A stretch of DNA of 64,000 nucleotides from Nostoc sp. DedSLP01. Its GTDB lineage: Bacteria; Cyanobacteriota; Cyanobacteriia; Cyanobacteriales; Nostocaceae. Location: assembly GCA_034530875.2 (NCBI GenBank), contig JAVRCJ020000018.1, forward strand, positions 1 to 64,000. Reading direction: 5' to 3'. The translations under genes were made by a program, and so were the position numbers. Below are positions 49,752 through 60,368 of the stretch, piece after piece (the stretch's first letter is position 1; every line of letters starts with the position of its first letter). Under the pieces are notes generated by a model. The model was not told the DNA's origin, did no database searches, and was given only the letters and a program-made list of their open reading frames with translations.

Positions 49752-50107
49752 TATGTCCGTTCGTTCTACAAAGTCCCAGGAGCGATATACTCAATTGCAA
49801 CAGAGGCTACAAGCAGCGTTACAATGATTGTGCTCCCAGGCTTGACAAGAGAGCAACTATACCTAAACGAGAAAAAGCGATCGCCACACCTATTACTTAA
49901 ATAATATATATAAGTTTTTTGATATTTTTTGTTATTTGAATTTCAGATAATCACCTCAATGATTACTAAATGTTAATCCAATATTTACAGCTTTTTAACC
50001 TCTTTTTATACAACCACAGCTAAATTGCGATCGTTAAAAGTTTTGCTGAATTTCTGGAACTTTAACAGAAACAATTGCAGGTTGTTCAAACAAATAAATA
50101 GTAACAA

Positions 50108-50956
50108 ATGAAGAAGTCTCATTTTTTCAGGGCTATTCTATCTATTGCTGTGCCAGCGGCAATATCTTTCACTCTGCTTAATTATCTACAAAAGCCACTA
50201 ACAGCCCAAACCTCAAACGTTCATTTAACGATGGGTAATCCCAGTAATGCTGGGAGTAGTTACAGTAATCTTTTATTAAGCAAATCTCAATATGCGGTTT
50301 CCTATAACTGCTACAGAGGAACGCCAAATTGGGTAAGTTGGCAGTTAAACCCATCATGGTTAGGAAGTGCGCCTCGCCAAGATGATTTTCGCGCAGATAC
50401 TACATTACCTTCAGGCTGCTATCGAGTAAGTGGTACTGATTATAGTGGTAGTGGCTTTGACCGCGGTCACATGACTCCCTCCGCAGATAGAACAAATACC
50501 ATCGCCAATAACTCAGCCACATTTTTAATGACAAATATGATCCCCCAAGCACCCGATAATAATCAGGGACTATGGGCAAATTTGGAAAATTATTGTAGAG
50601 ATTTGGTGGTCAATCAAGGGAAAGAACTCTACATTATTTCTGGTTCTTATGGCACTGGTGGAACAGGGTCAAATGGAACCAAAAATACCATCGCTAATGG
50701 TAATGTTACAGTCCCAGACAGAATTTGGAAGGTGATTTTAGTCTTAAATAGACCAAATAATGGAGCTAGTAGTGTAACTGATAGCACAAGAGTAATTGCT
50801 ATAGATACACCTAACGATCAAGGTGTTAGATATGCTGATTGGAGAAATTACAGAGTTAGTGTTGACAACATCGAAGGGCAAACAGGTTACAATTTGCTCT
50901 CTAATGTCTCTTCAACTGTTCAAAGTAAAATTGAGGCCAAAGTTGATAGTTTGTAA
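50108..50956 (+). CDS. nucA: Sugar-non-specific secreted nuclease
   Basis: Signal peptide, DRGH active site, TFLMTNMIPQ, NN..LW; paired with convergent nuiA. Confidence 0.92.
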   Translation: MKKSHFFRAILSIAVPAAISFTLLNYLQKPLTAQTSNVHLTMGNPSNAGSSYSNLLLSKSQYAVSYNCYRGTPNWVSWQLNPSWLGSAPRQDDFRADTTLPSGCYRVSGTDYSGSGFDRGHMTPSADRTNTIANNSATFLMTNMIPQAPDNNQGLWANLENYCRDLVVNQGKELYIISGSYGTGGTGSNGTKNTIANGNVTVPDRIWKVILVLNRPNNGASSVTDSTRVIAIDTPNDQGVRYADWRNYRVSVDNIEGQTGYNLLSNVSSTVQSKIEAKVDSL

Positions 50957-50976
50957 AATTTATTAGTTGAAACTAA

Positions 50977-51002
50977 AGCCTGTCTATATCTGTAGACAGG
51001 CT
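50977..51002. terminator. Bidirectional terminator between nucA and nuiA
   Basis: AGCCTGTCTA-TATCTG-TAGACAGGCT stem-loop between convergent stops. Confidence 0.7.
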
Positions 51003-51015
51003 AGTGATTTTTTTA

Positions 51016-51417
51016 TTATGTTTCGACAACTTTTGTTGAAATTCCAGCTAAATCACCAGATATAGTTTTACCGACAATATAGACATCAATACTGACTGTA
51101 CCCAATCGATAAACTTTAATATCAATCAGATTATCTTTTAATATTTGTATAAGCGATCGAAACTTTTGAACATTTTGTTTCTGGGTTTCATCGTGCCAAT
51201 CTTTTTCTTCAGCATAATTCCGAAAGAAATAATCTAAGTCTACTGTTTCAATTGGCGTATCTTGAGAATGACTTGTTAACTGGAGGAGTTTTTGATTTGC
51301 CAAAGATTCTTCACCTTGACCAGACCAGAAAAAAACTTGAAAGGGAGAATCTGACTCACTCACCATTAGCAAATCATCAGAAGCTTGCTTGAGATTTTCA
51401 GTAATCTTGCTACTCAT
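51016..51417 (-). CDS. nuiA: Nuclease A inhibitor
   Basis: LLMVSESDSPF...VYRLG...DVYIVG...AGISTKVVET; convergent with nucA as in Anabaena. Confidence 0.92.
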   Translation of the reverse strand: MSSKITENLKQASDDLLMVSESDSPFQVFFWSGQGEESLANQKLLQLTSHSQDTPIETVDLDYFFRNYAEEKDWHDETQKQNVQKFRSLIQILKDNLIDIKVYRLGTVSIDVYIVGKTISGDLAGISTKVVET

Positions 51418-51621
51418 AAACTGTTCTTAGAGGAGATATTTTTTATCGCGTTGACAGTTAATTATTAACTGTCAACTGTCAACAATCCTATTATAATGAA
51501 GATGTATTTTAGCTTGGAAACACTGGGTTTTGAGCTTACGGATCGCGGAATTAAGATTGAGTTGGGTAGGCCAGCCTTGAGGAAGATTGCTTGAATTATA
51601 TCCCCTATCTCTCAACTTTTG

Positions 51622-53097
51622 TCAACAACGCCGCAACTGAGCTAACAAAACAACAATTTCATCAATTGCTTGGCGCACAACTGTTGCAGGTTGTTCGGAT
51701 TGATTGACAATAATACTAAAAACCAAAGGTTTATACTGGGGTGCATTCACATATCCAGAGAGAGAAACTACACCCGTTAACGTACCTGTTTTCGCTTGCA
51801 CAATACCCTCGGCTGGTGTGTTTTGCAAACGCTCTTTTAAAGTTCCACTTTTACCAGCGACAGCTAAAGATGCGCGATATATAGATCCTGTTGGCGTTTT
51901 TGCCATTCCCCGTAAAGTTTGTACAAAAGCTTGTGGTGTCACTAAGTCACGACGCGATAAACCCGAACCATCTATTAAAATATAATCTGCTGGATCGACT
52001 CCCAATTGAGTTAAGCTTGCTTTCACTATTTCCAAACCTATATTAGCGCTGGTCTGATTTTTAAGTTTGGGTTTATCTCCAGCTAATGCTCTCAATAGTG
52101 CCTCAGCATAAAGATTATTACTATTACCATTTGTCTCTGCTAATAATTCAGATAAAGGCGGTGATTCTACAAATGCTATTTCTTGTTGATTAATACCACC
52201 CGCTAGTACTACTGCTTTTCCTAAAGAGATTTGCTCTGTTGCTAACGCGCTACGGAAGCGGCGTAAGAAATAATAACTAGGATCGACTACAGGTAAATCT
52301 AATAAATACGGCTCAGAATTGGCTGTTAATTGTCCTTTAACTCGTAATGTTGTTCCTGATAATTCACGACTAACATCAATATAAATTGGTTGATTTTCGG
52401 TAACAGTTGCTGACTGATTAATTGTCCGCCATTGTCTGGCTTCATTAGCGTCATTCCAGACAATTTGTAAAGATTGACCTACAGCTTGCGGGACAAATTT
52501 TAAGCTAAAAATATTCTGATTAGTAATAAAACTGCTAACTGGCGCGCCATAATCTGATTGTACATCTTCCCATTGCCAGGTGGGGTTAACAATATCTCCT
52601 TGAATATAACTATCATCGGCAATTAATTCTGGAATTTCAGTTATACCTTTGTTTTTCAATTGTTGTGCTAACGCTTGCAGTTGAATATCACTTAAACTAG
52701 GATCTCCTCTACCCACAACACGTAAAACACCATTACTATTTTGATAAATAGAAGTACGAATCCGAAAATTAGCGCCTAACTGTTGCAATGCTGCTGCTGT
52801 TGTTAGCAACTTGATGTTAGACGCGGGAATAAAGTATTTGTTTGCGTCTCGATTGTAAAGAGCTAACCCTACTGACAAAGGTTCCACTAAAATCCCCCAA
52901 CGCATTCGACTAAATAGGGGACGATTGATAACAGCATCTACAGCTGTTCCCAATTGATTGGAGCAAATTAATTTTGTAGGAGTTGTAGGTGCAACTGGGG
53001 TTTGTGCTTTAACAATTCTAGAAGTAAATGCTATCTGGGCAGTTAAAAATATTAACAAAATACCCAGCGGTTGATTAAAAATCTTAAGTTTCACCAA
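51622..53097 (-). CDS. dacB: D-Ala-D-Ala carboxypeptidase/endopeptidase (PBP4, peptidase S13)
   Basis: PASNIK (SxxK), SNN, DGSGLSR, KTGT. Confidence 0.92.
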   Translation of the reverse strand: MVKLKIFNQPLGILLIFLTAQIAFTSRIVKAQTPVAPTTPTKLICSNQLGTAVDAVINRPLFSRMRWGILVEPLSVGLALYNRDANKYFIPASNIKLLTTAAALQQLGANFRIRTSIYQNSNGVLRVVGRGDPSLSDIQLQALAQQLKNKGITEIPELIADDSYIQGDIVNPTWQWEDVQSDYGAPVSSFITNQNIFSLKFVPQAVGQSLQIVWNDANEARQWRTINQSATVTENQPIYIDVSRELSGTTLRVKGQLTANSEPYLLDLPVVDPSYYFLRRFRSALATEQISLGKAVVLAGGINQQEIAFVESPPLSELLAETNGNSNNLYAEALLRALAGDKPKLKNQTSANIGLEIVKASLTQLGVDPADYILIDGSGLSRRDLVTPQAFVQTLRGMAKTPTGSIYRASLAVAGKSGTLKERLQNTPAEGIVQAKTGTLTGVVSLSGYVNAPQYKPLVFSIIVNQSEQPATVVRQAIDEIVVLLAQLRRC

Positions 53098-53245
53098 TAC
53101 TCCTTATACCAATGATAAATAATTTTACCTTGGCAGAAGTTTATTTACTGACGTAAAAAAATTGACAAGGTAAAGTTGCTTAACTAGTATAAATAAGATG
53201 TTCGCATTTTTACAGATGTTTTAATATATTTGAATCACAGTCTTC

Positions 53246-53680
53246 TGTAGAGACGGCGATTTATCACGTCTCTCTAACGTGTCGTATCTAGACGCGATAA
53301 ATCGCGTCTCTAGATGAGGGCTTTCTCGCTTATGCGAAGGGTATTGCGTTTGCCCTGGATCTGATACCATTTGACGAAAAATCTGAAACAGATGTAAACG
53401 CTGAAAGCTTTGCTAAATCTAAGTTTTTTAATTGCGAATTGCGTTAGCGCAGCGTTAGCGACGTTCGCGTAGCGTCTCGCAGAGAAGGAGCGTCATTGCG
53501 AATTGTGAATTGGTATGACTTGTGTATACAAGCGAAAAAAGAGCGAAACCGGAATTAAAGTCTCTCTTAAAAAGGGTAGCCACTCCGATATTGGGGATAA
53601 CCCCCAATATCGGAGTGGCGTAGATAATTGTGGCTCTAGAACGTTTTGCTACCGAAAAAAGGACTTTTCAAACATCCTCT
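53246..53680. repeat. Cluster of nested small repeats
   Basis: REP-like GAGACGCGAT..ATCGCGTCTC palindromes; an ATACCA...AATTGGTAT element (related copy ~32692-32774) carrying the 27-nt CGTTCGCGTAGCGTCTCGCAGAGAAGG (identical at 61022-61048); an 18-bp perfect hairpin 53579-53619; a MITE right end. Confidence 0.7.
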
Positions 53681-53699
53681 AAAGGCATTATCTAAAGTT

Positions 53700-53903
53700 T
53701 TAGAAATATTGACTAATATAATAGTCAAGAAATTGACTACGAGTTAACCACTTACCTTGCGGAAATACTAACTTTTTAGTTATATGGATAACCTCGTTAA
53801 CAAAAGCGATAAAATCATCACCTTTTAAAATTAACTGATCGCCTGTTATATGGTCAGTCAAGACTACAGACTGATTTACTTTCATATATGTGTATCTTTG
53901 CAT
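53700..53903 (-). CDS. Small hypothetical protein (67 aa)
   Basis: ATG-initiated ORF with protein-like composition; no recognisable motif. Confidence 0.4.
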   Translation of the reverse strand: MQRYTYMKVNQSVVLTDHITGDQLILKGDDFIAFVNEVIHITKKLVFPQGKWLTRSQFLDYYISQYF

Positions 53904-54341
53904 AAGCTATTGCATTGTGGTTAGTCAATATAATTAGCCGTCTTCTATCTGTTATTTCGACATAAAAACACTAACCATTCCGCAGCTAAACTAACAATTT
54001 TTGAGTAAAATTTGATTCTTGTAAGTCTACAAATACTTATTTATATAAGGTAAAGACAGCTTTTTAACAAAAGCGATCGCCATATATTATGAATGTGAAT
54101 AATCTCAGATAAATATTGCGATCGCTAATCAATATAAAACACAATTTTATTTGAAGCGCAAAAGAAAGTAGACTACTCTATCAGACGAAATGTTCCCACT
54201 TTTGATACCAAAGTTTTTTGTTAAAAATGATACTTACATTACTAGTATGGGAATAATAACATCATGCTTGAGAAATATTTGAAATTAATCTCAGCATACT
54301 AGGTATGTTTTCTCATTGGCGGTTACAGGAGCAAATTGTTC

Positions 54342-55133
54342 ATGAAAGTAAGTTCATCAGGGGCTAAATTGGGTAGTGCAATTATTAGCAGTAGTTGTTT
54401 AGCAGCAGCAATTATTGGTTTCAGCGATTCGAGCGTTTTTGCTGCTCAATTCATCACCATTAATACTACTGGTACATTATCAGGAACTATCGAACTTCCC
54501 AGAAATAATCCCAATTTCAATCGCAGTATTACTCGTATTGATACCGATGAAACTGGAACTTATTACCGGAACTTAGGTACTACTAACAATCCTAATTATG
54601 TTCCTGCGTACACATCAGACTATGTAAAAGTAGAAACACGCGCTGATGGAAGTCTGCATTACTTCGTCGATTTTAAAGGTATTCCTTTTGTGTCCTTCGA
54701 TGGTGTCCTGACATCGCCAATTCTCTCTAGCGGCCATTTGACTCCCTTTGTTTACCAAGGACAATTGCCGGGAACTACATTTCAAGGAGTAGTGCAAGAT
54801 GAATTTAATTTCATTAAAGCTTTCTACACCGGCACTGTCACCGACCCAGGTACAGGCAAGCAATATCAGGGTACTTTTGAAGTCAACGGATATGGAGAAC
54901 GATATAGCGATCGCAATGGTGGTTTAACTCCCACAGTTTTTGATTTCCAATCCGATATCCCCGGTTCGCCAACCATAACATCTTTGGCTTTGACTAATAT
55001 TCCCCTAGCGCATTTGAGTATTAAAGTACCTATACCTGTTGAAACTTCCATTCCAGAACCCGCTAGCCTCTTTGGAACCCTGATGGCTGCTGCTTTTGGT
55101 ATCCTTTTCAAAAGGAAAAAAGTTCACTGTTGA
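54342..55133 (+). CDS. PEP-CTERM sorting-domain exoprotein
   Basis: N-terminal signal, C-terminal IPEP + hydrophobic helix + KRKK. Confidence 0.9.
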   Translation: MKVSSSGAKLGSAIISSSCLAAAIIGFSDSSVFAAQFITINTTGTLSGTIELPRNNPNFNRSITRIDTDETGTYYRNLGTTNNPNYVPAYTSDYVKVETRADGSLHYFVDFKGIPFVSFDGVLTSPILSSGHLTPFVYQGQLPGTTFQGVVQDEFNFIKAFYTGTVTDPGTGKQYQGTFEVNGYGERYSDRNGGLTPTVFDFQSDIPGSPTITSLALTNIPLAHLSIKVPIPVETSIPEPASLFGTLMAAAFGILFKRKKVHC

Positions 55134-55293
55134 GCAAAGTTAGAGTGTAGGGGGAAAGGGAAAAGGTTTGTTCTTATCCCTTTTCCCCAGTTCTGCAAGA
55201 AGCCTATTAACCATCAACATCAAAGATTTAAAAAGGCGTCTTTCATCCCATCCTTGAAAGGAATAGTTTTTTGACGCCTTTTGACAAAATTTT

Positions 55294-56397
55294 TTAGCCA
55301 TTAAAAACGCGACTGCGCCATTTATTTAAACGTGCTTCTCCGACTGCGGCCAGACGTCGAGCATCAGCAATTTGTTCTTGTAAAGCAGCAATTTGTTGTG
55401 CGTTAGCGTCGGCTTGCTGTTGCAAAGATGTATATTGCTGTGTTGTCGGCTGATAACTAGAAGACTGGAAACTACTAGTGAATTGCGTTGTACCAATGCT
55501 GGCAAAGGGTCGTAAGTCTGCTAGTTGTTGTTGTAAAGCTGCAATTTGGCTTTCTTGTTCTTGAATTTTTTGCTTTAAACTTTCTTCGCCTGCTTTACTA
55601 GCTGCAACAAATGTATTAACTTCAGCAGTAGATTCTGGCTTGGGTTTGAACACTTCAGCTAACAATGCGCTCACGTCTGTTGGTACGAGCTTACCGTAAG
55701 GAGCATTTCTAATTAGCGATCGCACTAACTGAGGTTTATTATTTGATGCTGGGTTCTTGTCGCTGCTGGAATTGCTGCGTACTAGTTGCAGCATATTGGT
55801 GAATTCCAATATTTTTTGGCCGTTTTGGGTTTTGTAACCCCGATAGTATGGCACTATGCTCTCGCCAAAGACGCTTACATACTCGTCGCTATCAAGATAA
55901 GAATCAATATCTGCCTCAAAACCCCCTTCGTCTAAAATGTTACTGTGATGTATCATTTCAGAGTAGTCATCAGGAGCGCGGCCTAAGAGGTGCTTGAAGT
56001 TTAATTCAATAGCACGGTAGCGGTAAACGTTATCAAAAAATCTGGAACGATATAATTCTGATTTGGCAATCTGACGCACAAACTCACGAACGTTAATTAT
56101 GCCTTGTTTGAGCTGTGATTCCGGTACAATCAAGCGCTCGCTTTCCATCACGTAAGCATTGCCCAAAACTTGCCGATAAACTGCCCGAATTATAATTTCG
56201 ATCTCATCAATTGAAGCACCAGGCCACAGTTCAATAATTTCCGTTTGGGAAAATGCTTGATATTGGCGTTGTCTAACTTCGTCATCTGAAAGGGTTGGCA
56301 TAGTTGAATTAGTGCAAATAAATTTGGCGAAGAATTTATTGATATCCGCTGTCATATTTGATGTAGCGCTTAAAGGTGATGCCGATTGCGTTTTCAC
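55294..56397 (-). CDS. Phycobilisome (PE-type) linker polypeptide with coiled-coil C-terminus; start may be 56355 or 56301
   Basis: IRAVYRQVLGNAYVMESER...ELNFKHLLGRAP...FGESIVPY linker domain; Q/A-rich duplicated C-terminal helices. Confidence 0.85.
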   Translation of the reverse strand: MKTQSASPLSATSNMTADINKFFAKFICTNSTMPTLSDDEVRQRQYQAFSQTEIIELWPGASIDEIEIIIRAVYRQVLGNAYVMESERLIVPESQLKQGIINVREFVRQIAKSELYRSRFFDNVYRYRAIELNFKHLLGRAPDDYSEMIHHSNILDEGGFEADIDSYLDSDEYVSVFGESIVPYYRGYKTQNGQKILEFTNMLQLVRSNSSSDKNPASNNKPQLVRSLIRNAPYGKLVPTDVSALLAEVFKPKPESTAEVNTFVAASKAGEESLKQKIQEQESQIAALQQQLADLRPFASIGTTQFTSSFQSSSYQPTTQQYTSLQQQADANAQQIAALQEQIADARRLAAVGEARLNKWRSRVFNG

Positions 56398-56818
56398 CCA
56401 GTAAGTCCAATCTACAAAAAATCGCGAAGGTATTGTAATTAGGAATTTCCAAGAAATAAATTATCTAATCTTGTGGGGTGAGCGTCTTGGCCGACCGCAA
56501 TCAAGGGCGGGCAGGATGCCCACCCCACAAGCAATAGTTAGATATTTTTATTTAGAATTCCCTTTGGATATAAGCTATCAAGTTTTGAGAGATTTTTTAG
56601 TTACATTTTCTAACAAACTAAAAGGAACTTTCTTAACCCAAGCGTATTGCTTTAATGAAATAGCATCACAGCTAGTTTTTCCTAATAACTAGCTGTGAGA
56701 CATTAACAGTTAACCGTCAACCCTCTAGAGGAGGAATTTAAAATTCAAGGCTAATTTAGTTGTCGAACTTTTAATTAAATCGTACTTCTAACTCCAAGCA
56801 AGCTAGCAAGAGCATTTC

Positions 56819-57124
56819 TTAACAACGGACATCAAATCTAGTGTAAAAACCACCATATTTTATCCAGTATTGTTTCAAGTTGTGATGAGGTGTATGTAAG
56901 CTTGCTTTTGCCTGATATAGAATAACTTGCCGATGATCGCCCATCCAAATTTTATTCACGGGGTCAACGGATATTACCGTTCCTCCTAAAGAAGCAACAC
57001 ATTCAGAGAACCTTTCAATCGTTGTATATTCTAATGTTTCAAAGATAAAAAAGTTACCCGAACAAATCAAGTGACGACTGCGAATCCAGCAGCGCATTTT
57101 CTTTTCAGCTAGTGGAGGTAACAT
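56819..57124 (-). CDS. cpeR: Phycoerythrin operon regulator CpeR
   Basis: MLPP.A.KKM.CWIRSRHLICSG...WMGDHRQVILY...LKQYW; last gene of the cpe operon. Confidence 0.9.
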   Translation of the reverse strand: MLPPLAEKKMRCWIRSRHLICSGNFFIFETLEYTTIERFSECVASLGGTVISVDPVNKIWMGDHRQVILYQAKASLHTPHHNLKQYWIKYGGFYTRFDVRC

Positions 57125-57150
57125 TTTAGGTTTAATGCATTCGAGCTGAA

Positions 57151-57780
57151 TTAACATAATCCACTCAGCGTATGTAATTCATGAGCAAAACTTTCTCGTT
57201 TTTCAAAACGTAAAGGGCCAGCAGTAGATCCCCATATTTGCTCGTCGGTTTCAATATCCATACCTTTATCCAAACTGATCCAAGTATGCTCGGTTATTTC
57301 CACTTCACTAACAAGATATGTTTGGCGGCCGTTGCGGGTAATTAGACATTGATTGCCTTCTTCGACGCTACCGCGAAACATTTCACCTTCTCTAACAAAA
57401 ACCATCGAACAGTGATAGCGACGTTCGATACTTTCTGGGGTAATGGTTTTGAGGATATCTAATTCACGACCAGCACCAGCATAAAGTATAGGGTCTTTCA
57501 AGCTGTAATTTTCGATATAAATGCGATCGCCCCAATCTACTAATCTATGTACTCCCTGGCGATAGGGCGTCCATAAATCGTGGTCATAGACTTGTTCGGA
57601 ATAAAAACCAATGCCAGAAAAAAACTCAAATGGTAAAGGACGAAAAAAAATGTGAATGTGGGCGTAAAGCTGAGGATTGGCAAAAGATTGCTTTTGGTTG
57701 CTAAAATCTCCTGCCATCCAACAAGCTAAAGCAAACAAATCGCTAGACTTGGTACTAGAGTCATTAGCGGCTATTGTCAT
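57151..57780 (-). CDS. cpeT: CpcT/CpeT chromophore lyase
   Basis: LACWMAGDFSN..Q, FYSEQ.Y, PYRQ, WISLDKG.D...QIWGS. Confidence 0.88.
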   Translation of the reverse strand: MTIAANDSSTKSSDLFALACWMAGDFSNQKQSFANPQLYAHIHIFFRPLPFEFFSGIGFYSEQVYDHDLWTPYRQGVHRLVDWGDRIYIENYSLKDPILYAGAGRELDILKTITPESIERRYHCSMVFVREGEMFRGSVEEGNQCLITRNGRQTYLVSEVEITEHTWISLDKGMDIETDEQIWGSTAGPLRFEKRESFAHELHTLSGLC

Positions 57781-57894
57781 ATTCAACCTCAGGAGTGATA
57801 AAACAAAATTCAATCAGGCAATGTGGGCTAAAAAACACTCTTTATGGTCGTTAGCTGTTGACGGTTAACAGTTATCAGCGATCGGCCAAGATTG

Positions 57895-58431
57895 CTAACT
57901 CGTTGAACTTGACAAAGATCGAATCTCTGAAGAAAAGGAAGCCGTTGTCACGCCTTTACCATCGCTGGTTTTGATCGTGGATACGCGAAAACGTAAATTT
58001 GGGTTGGCAAACCAAATTCGTTCTTCAGCAGCAGCCAGTTCGTACTTTGTTACCAAGGTAAAAATACCATCATTACTAATATGGTATTCACCTACTGCTG
58101 GGATTGTTTCAGCATATCCCTGCTCCCGCAGGAGTTTGCCTATAGAAGGATTTTCGAGATCGGGAATTGGTACTAGCACGGTACTGCCAGATATCGGTTT
58201 ATCGTCCCAGTCTGATTCGCCTTCCCAAGTCATGCGAAAGGGGTGACTGATGGTGCTGGGGTCAGTGTCATATAATTTACATATTGCCAGCACTGCCGCA
58301 TCGTCTATAGATAAAGACTCAATGTCAATGGTAGATAGCACTTCTTCAAAATGCGCGAATGCTAAGTGATGGCCGCTACGTTGCGATCGCCATCTTCCAA
58401 TTGAAAGTTCAAAAAATTCGTTAATTTTCAT
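57895..58431 (-). CDS. cpeS: CpcS/CpeS chromophore lyase
   Basis: FFELSIGRWRSQRSGHHL, REQGYAE, EERIWF, SFSSEIR. Confidence 0.9.
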   Translation of the reverse strand: MKINEFFELSIGRWRSQRSGHHLAFAHFEEVLSTIDIESLSIDDAAVLAICKLYDTDPSTISHPFRMTWEGESDWDDKPISGSTVLVPIPDLENPSIGKLLREQGYAETIPAVGEYHISNDGIFTLVTKYELAAAEERIWFANPNLRFRVSTIKTSDGKGVTTASFSSEIRSLSSSTS

Positions 58432-58702
58432 TACAAAAGCAATTTCAAAAACAGCTGGCAATCAAATAAATACTTTAGCTAATTAGTTAACTATCTATTC
58501 AGTGTTGTCTAGGCATTTACTTATGACTAAGTACGTTTCTAATGGCTTTTATTAAGTTTATTTTACTTTTAATCAAACCACAGGATTGGGCACGAGGTAC
58601 AGAGTAGTGAGTACTAAAGTAAGCAATGCCCAATGACGGCAGTTGCTACAAGCCGGGAAACCCGTCCAACGTACTGCCTCCCCAATGCCCAATCCCTATT
58701 GT

Positions 58703-59461
58703 TTAAACAATCTCTGTGATGCTCACAATCTTCCCATTAGTGCGATTGATCCGCTGAATTTGCGGTGTCATCTTGCTAGCAGGAACAATGTATTCGGTTG
58801 TAGCGCGGCGGCGGGGGTTATCAAATTTTCCGCTTCCACCCTGAACGAGAATCTTAAATCTCTTTTCAGTACTACCGATCCCAGAAGGTTGCTTAATTTT
58901 GGCAGGACTATTGGTTGCTACGGAGTACACCAACTGAGAAGATTTGACAGCACTTGATGTTTCAGCTACACCACGAACAAGACTAAAAATCCTGTTAAAG
59001 CCGACTTGCTTCTGTCCTACTTGGCTACTGTTTCCCCGATAGTAGGGTACAGTATTCTCGCCAAAGTTCAGTTGATACTCAAGGCTACCAATGTAGGAGT
59101 CGATTTCGGCATCGTAACCGCTTTCAACTGTACGACAGATATGCTCGGAAACCTCTGTTTGGTCTAAGGGGGCGCGACCTAACAGATGTTTAAAGTTGAG
59201 TTCAATGAACCGATAAGGAGCAGTGCTTTCAAAGAACCGAGTCCGGTAAAGCTCGGACTTAGCAACGATTCGCACAAATTCACGAACGGTGATTTTGCGA
59301 TCGCGCAGTTGCGATTCACCTGTTACCAGCCGTTGGCTTTCTAACAAGTGAGCGTTACCTAAAACCTGCTTATAAACGGCTCGAATCACAGCTTCGACTT
59401 CTTCACTAGAGCTATTTGGCCACAGCTCCACCTTTGGCGAATTTATAACTATGCTTCCCAT
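58703..59461 (-). CDS. cpeD: Phycoerythrin-associated rod linker CpeD
   Basis: Linker domain plus C-terminus TEKRFKILVQG...EYIVPASKMTPQIQRINRT.GKIVSITEIV, as I recall for Fremyella CpeD. Confidence 0.8.
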   Translation of the reverse strand: MGSIVINSPKVELWPNSSSEEVEAVIRAVYKQVLGNAHLLESQRLVTGESQLRDRKITVREFVRIVAKSELYRTRFFESTAPYRFIELNFKHLLGRAPLDQTEVSEHICRTVESGYDAEIDSYIGSLEYQLNFGENTVPYYRGNSSQVGQKQVGFNRIFSLVRGVAETSSAVKSSQLVYSVATNSPAKIKQPSGIGSTEKRFKILVQGGSGKFDNPRRRATTEYIVPASKMTPQIQRINRTNGKIVSITEIV

Positions 59462-59504
59462 GTATTTTTTCCCAAGCTTAGTTTGTGAATAGATTGTCTA
59501 TTTC

Positions 59505-60368
59505 TCAATTGACAGGAGTGATACTGGCAATTACACCGCCCTGCTTGTGAATTCGTTGATACTCTTGTGAGAGTTGGTTGTAGGGTACAAAATAGACCTG
59601 GTTACTGCGGCGGAACTTGGAAATGTTATTTACCACGTTTGACTTGTAGCCAGTAACTTCAATCCGGTAAATCTTACCATCATCACCTGCTCCCACGCCT
59701 TGGCGGGTGCGGGCTGTAGATGTTGGGTTGCGGAATGTAGCACCCTTACTACCCGGTGAAACCACAGGAGTAGCGGTGTTTTGAATCACTAGACTGTTCA
59801 ATCTTGGTTGTTTGCCAGCTAAGTCGCCTTTGAGACTGCTGCTAGAAGAACCCCGTACCAGCTGGAATAAGTGGGTAAACTGAACTAAGCCTTGGATAGC
59901 TTCAGTTTTGTAACCCCGAATATAAGGTATCGTGTCTTCCCCGAAAGTCTCTTGGTACTCGTCGCTGTCTAAATAAGAATCAATCTCAGCTTCAAAACCC
60001 TTTGTATCGAGAATAGTGCTATGCGAACGGGTTTCTTCAAGATCCAATGGCGCGCGACCAAGAAGATGTCTGAAATTTAATTCAATCGACCGATAGCGAG
60101 GAACGCTATCAAAAAAGCGCGAACGATAAAGTTCCGACTTGGCAACTTGACGCACAAATTCGCGAACGCTAATTTCGCCGCGTTTGAGTTGGGATTCAGC
60201 AACGATTAACCGTTCGCTCTCCAAAACATACGCATTGCCCAAAACTTGCTTGTAGACAGCTCTAATTACGGTTTCAATTTCCTCATTAGAGAGACCTGGC
60301 CACACATTAATGGGATCGGTGTCTTCAAATAAAGCGACCCCTAATCGTGATGCTGGTCCGAAAGCCAT
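59505..60368 (-). CDS. cpeC: Phycoerythrin-associated rod linker CpeC
   Basis: M.FGPASRLGV.LF N-terminus, linker domain, CpcD-like tail YQRIHKQGGVIASITPV. Confidence 0.9.
   Translation of the reverse strand: MAFGPASRLGVALFEDTDPINVWPGLSNEEIETVIRAVYKQVLGNAYVLESERLIVAESQLKRGEISVREFVRQVAKSELYRSRFFDSVPRYRSIELNFRHLLGRAPLDLEETRSHSTILDTKGFEAEIDSYLDSDEYQETFGEDTIPYIRGYKTEAIQGLVQFTHLFQLVRGSSSSSLKGDLAGKQPRLNSLVIQNTATPVVSPGSKGATFRNPTSTARTRQGVGAGDDGKIYRIEVTGYKSNVVNNISKFRRSNQVYFVPYNQLSQEYQRIHKQGGVIASITPVN

Noticed and set aside
50108..51417. nucA/nuiA as a novel toxin-immunity system
   Set aside because: Well-described Anabaena nuclease-inhibitor pair in its known convergent arrangement.
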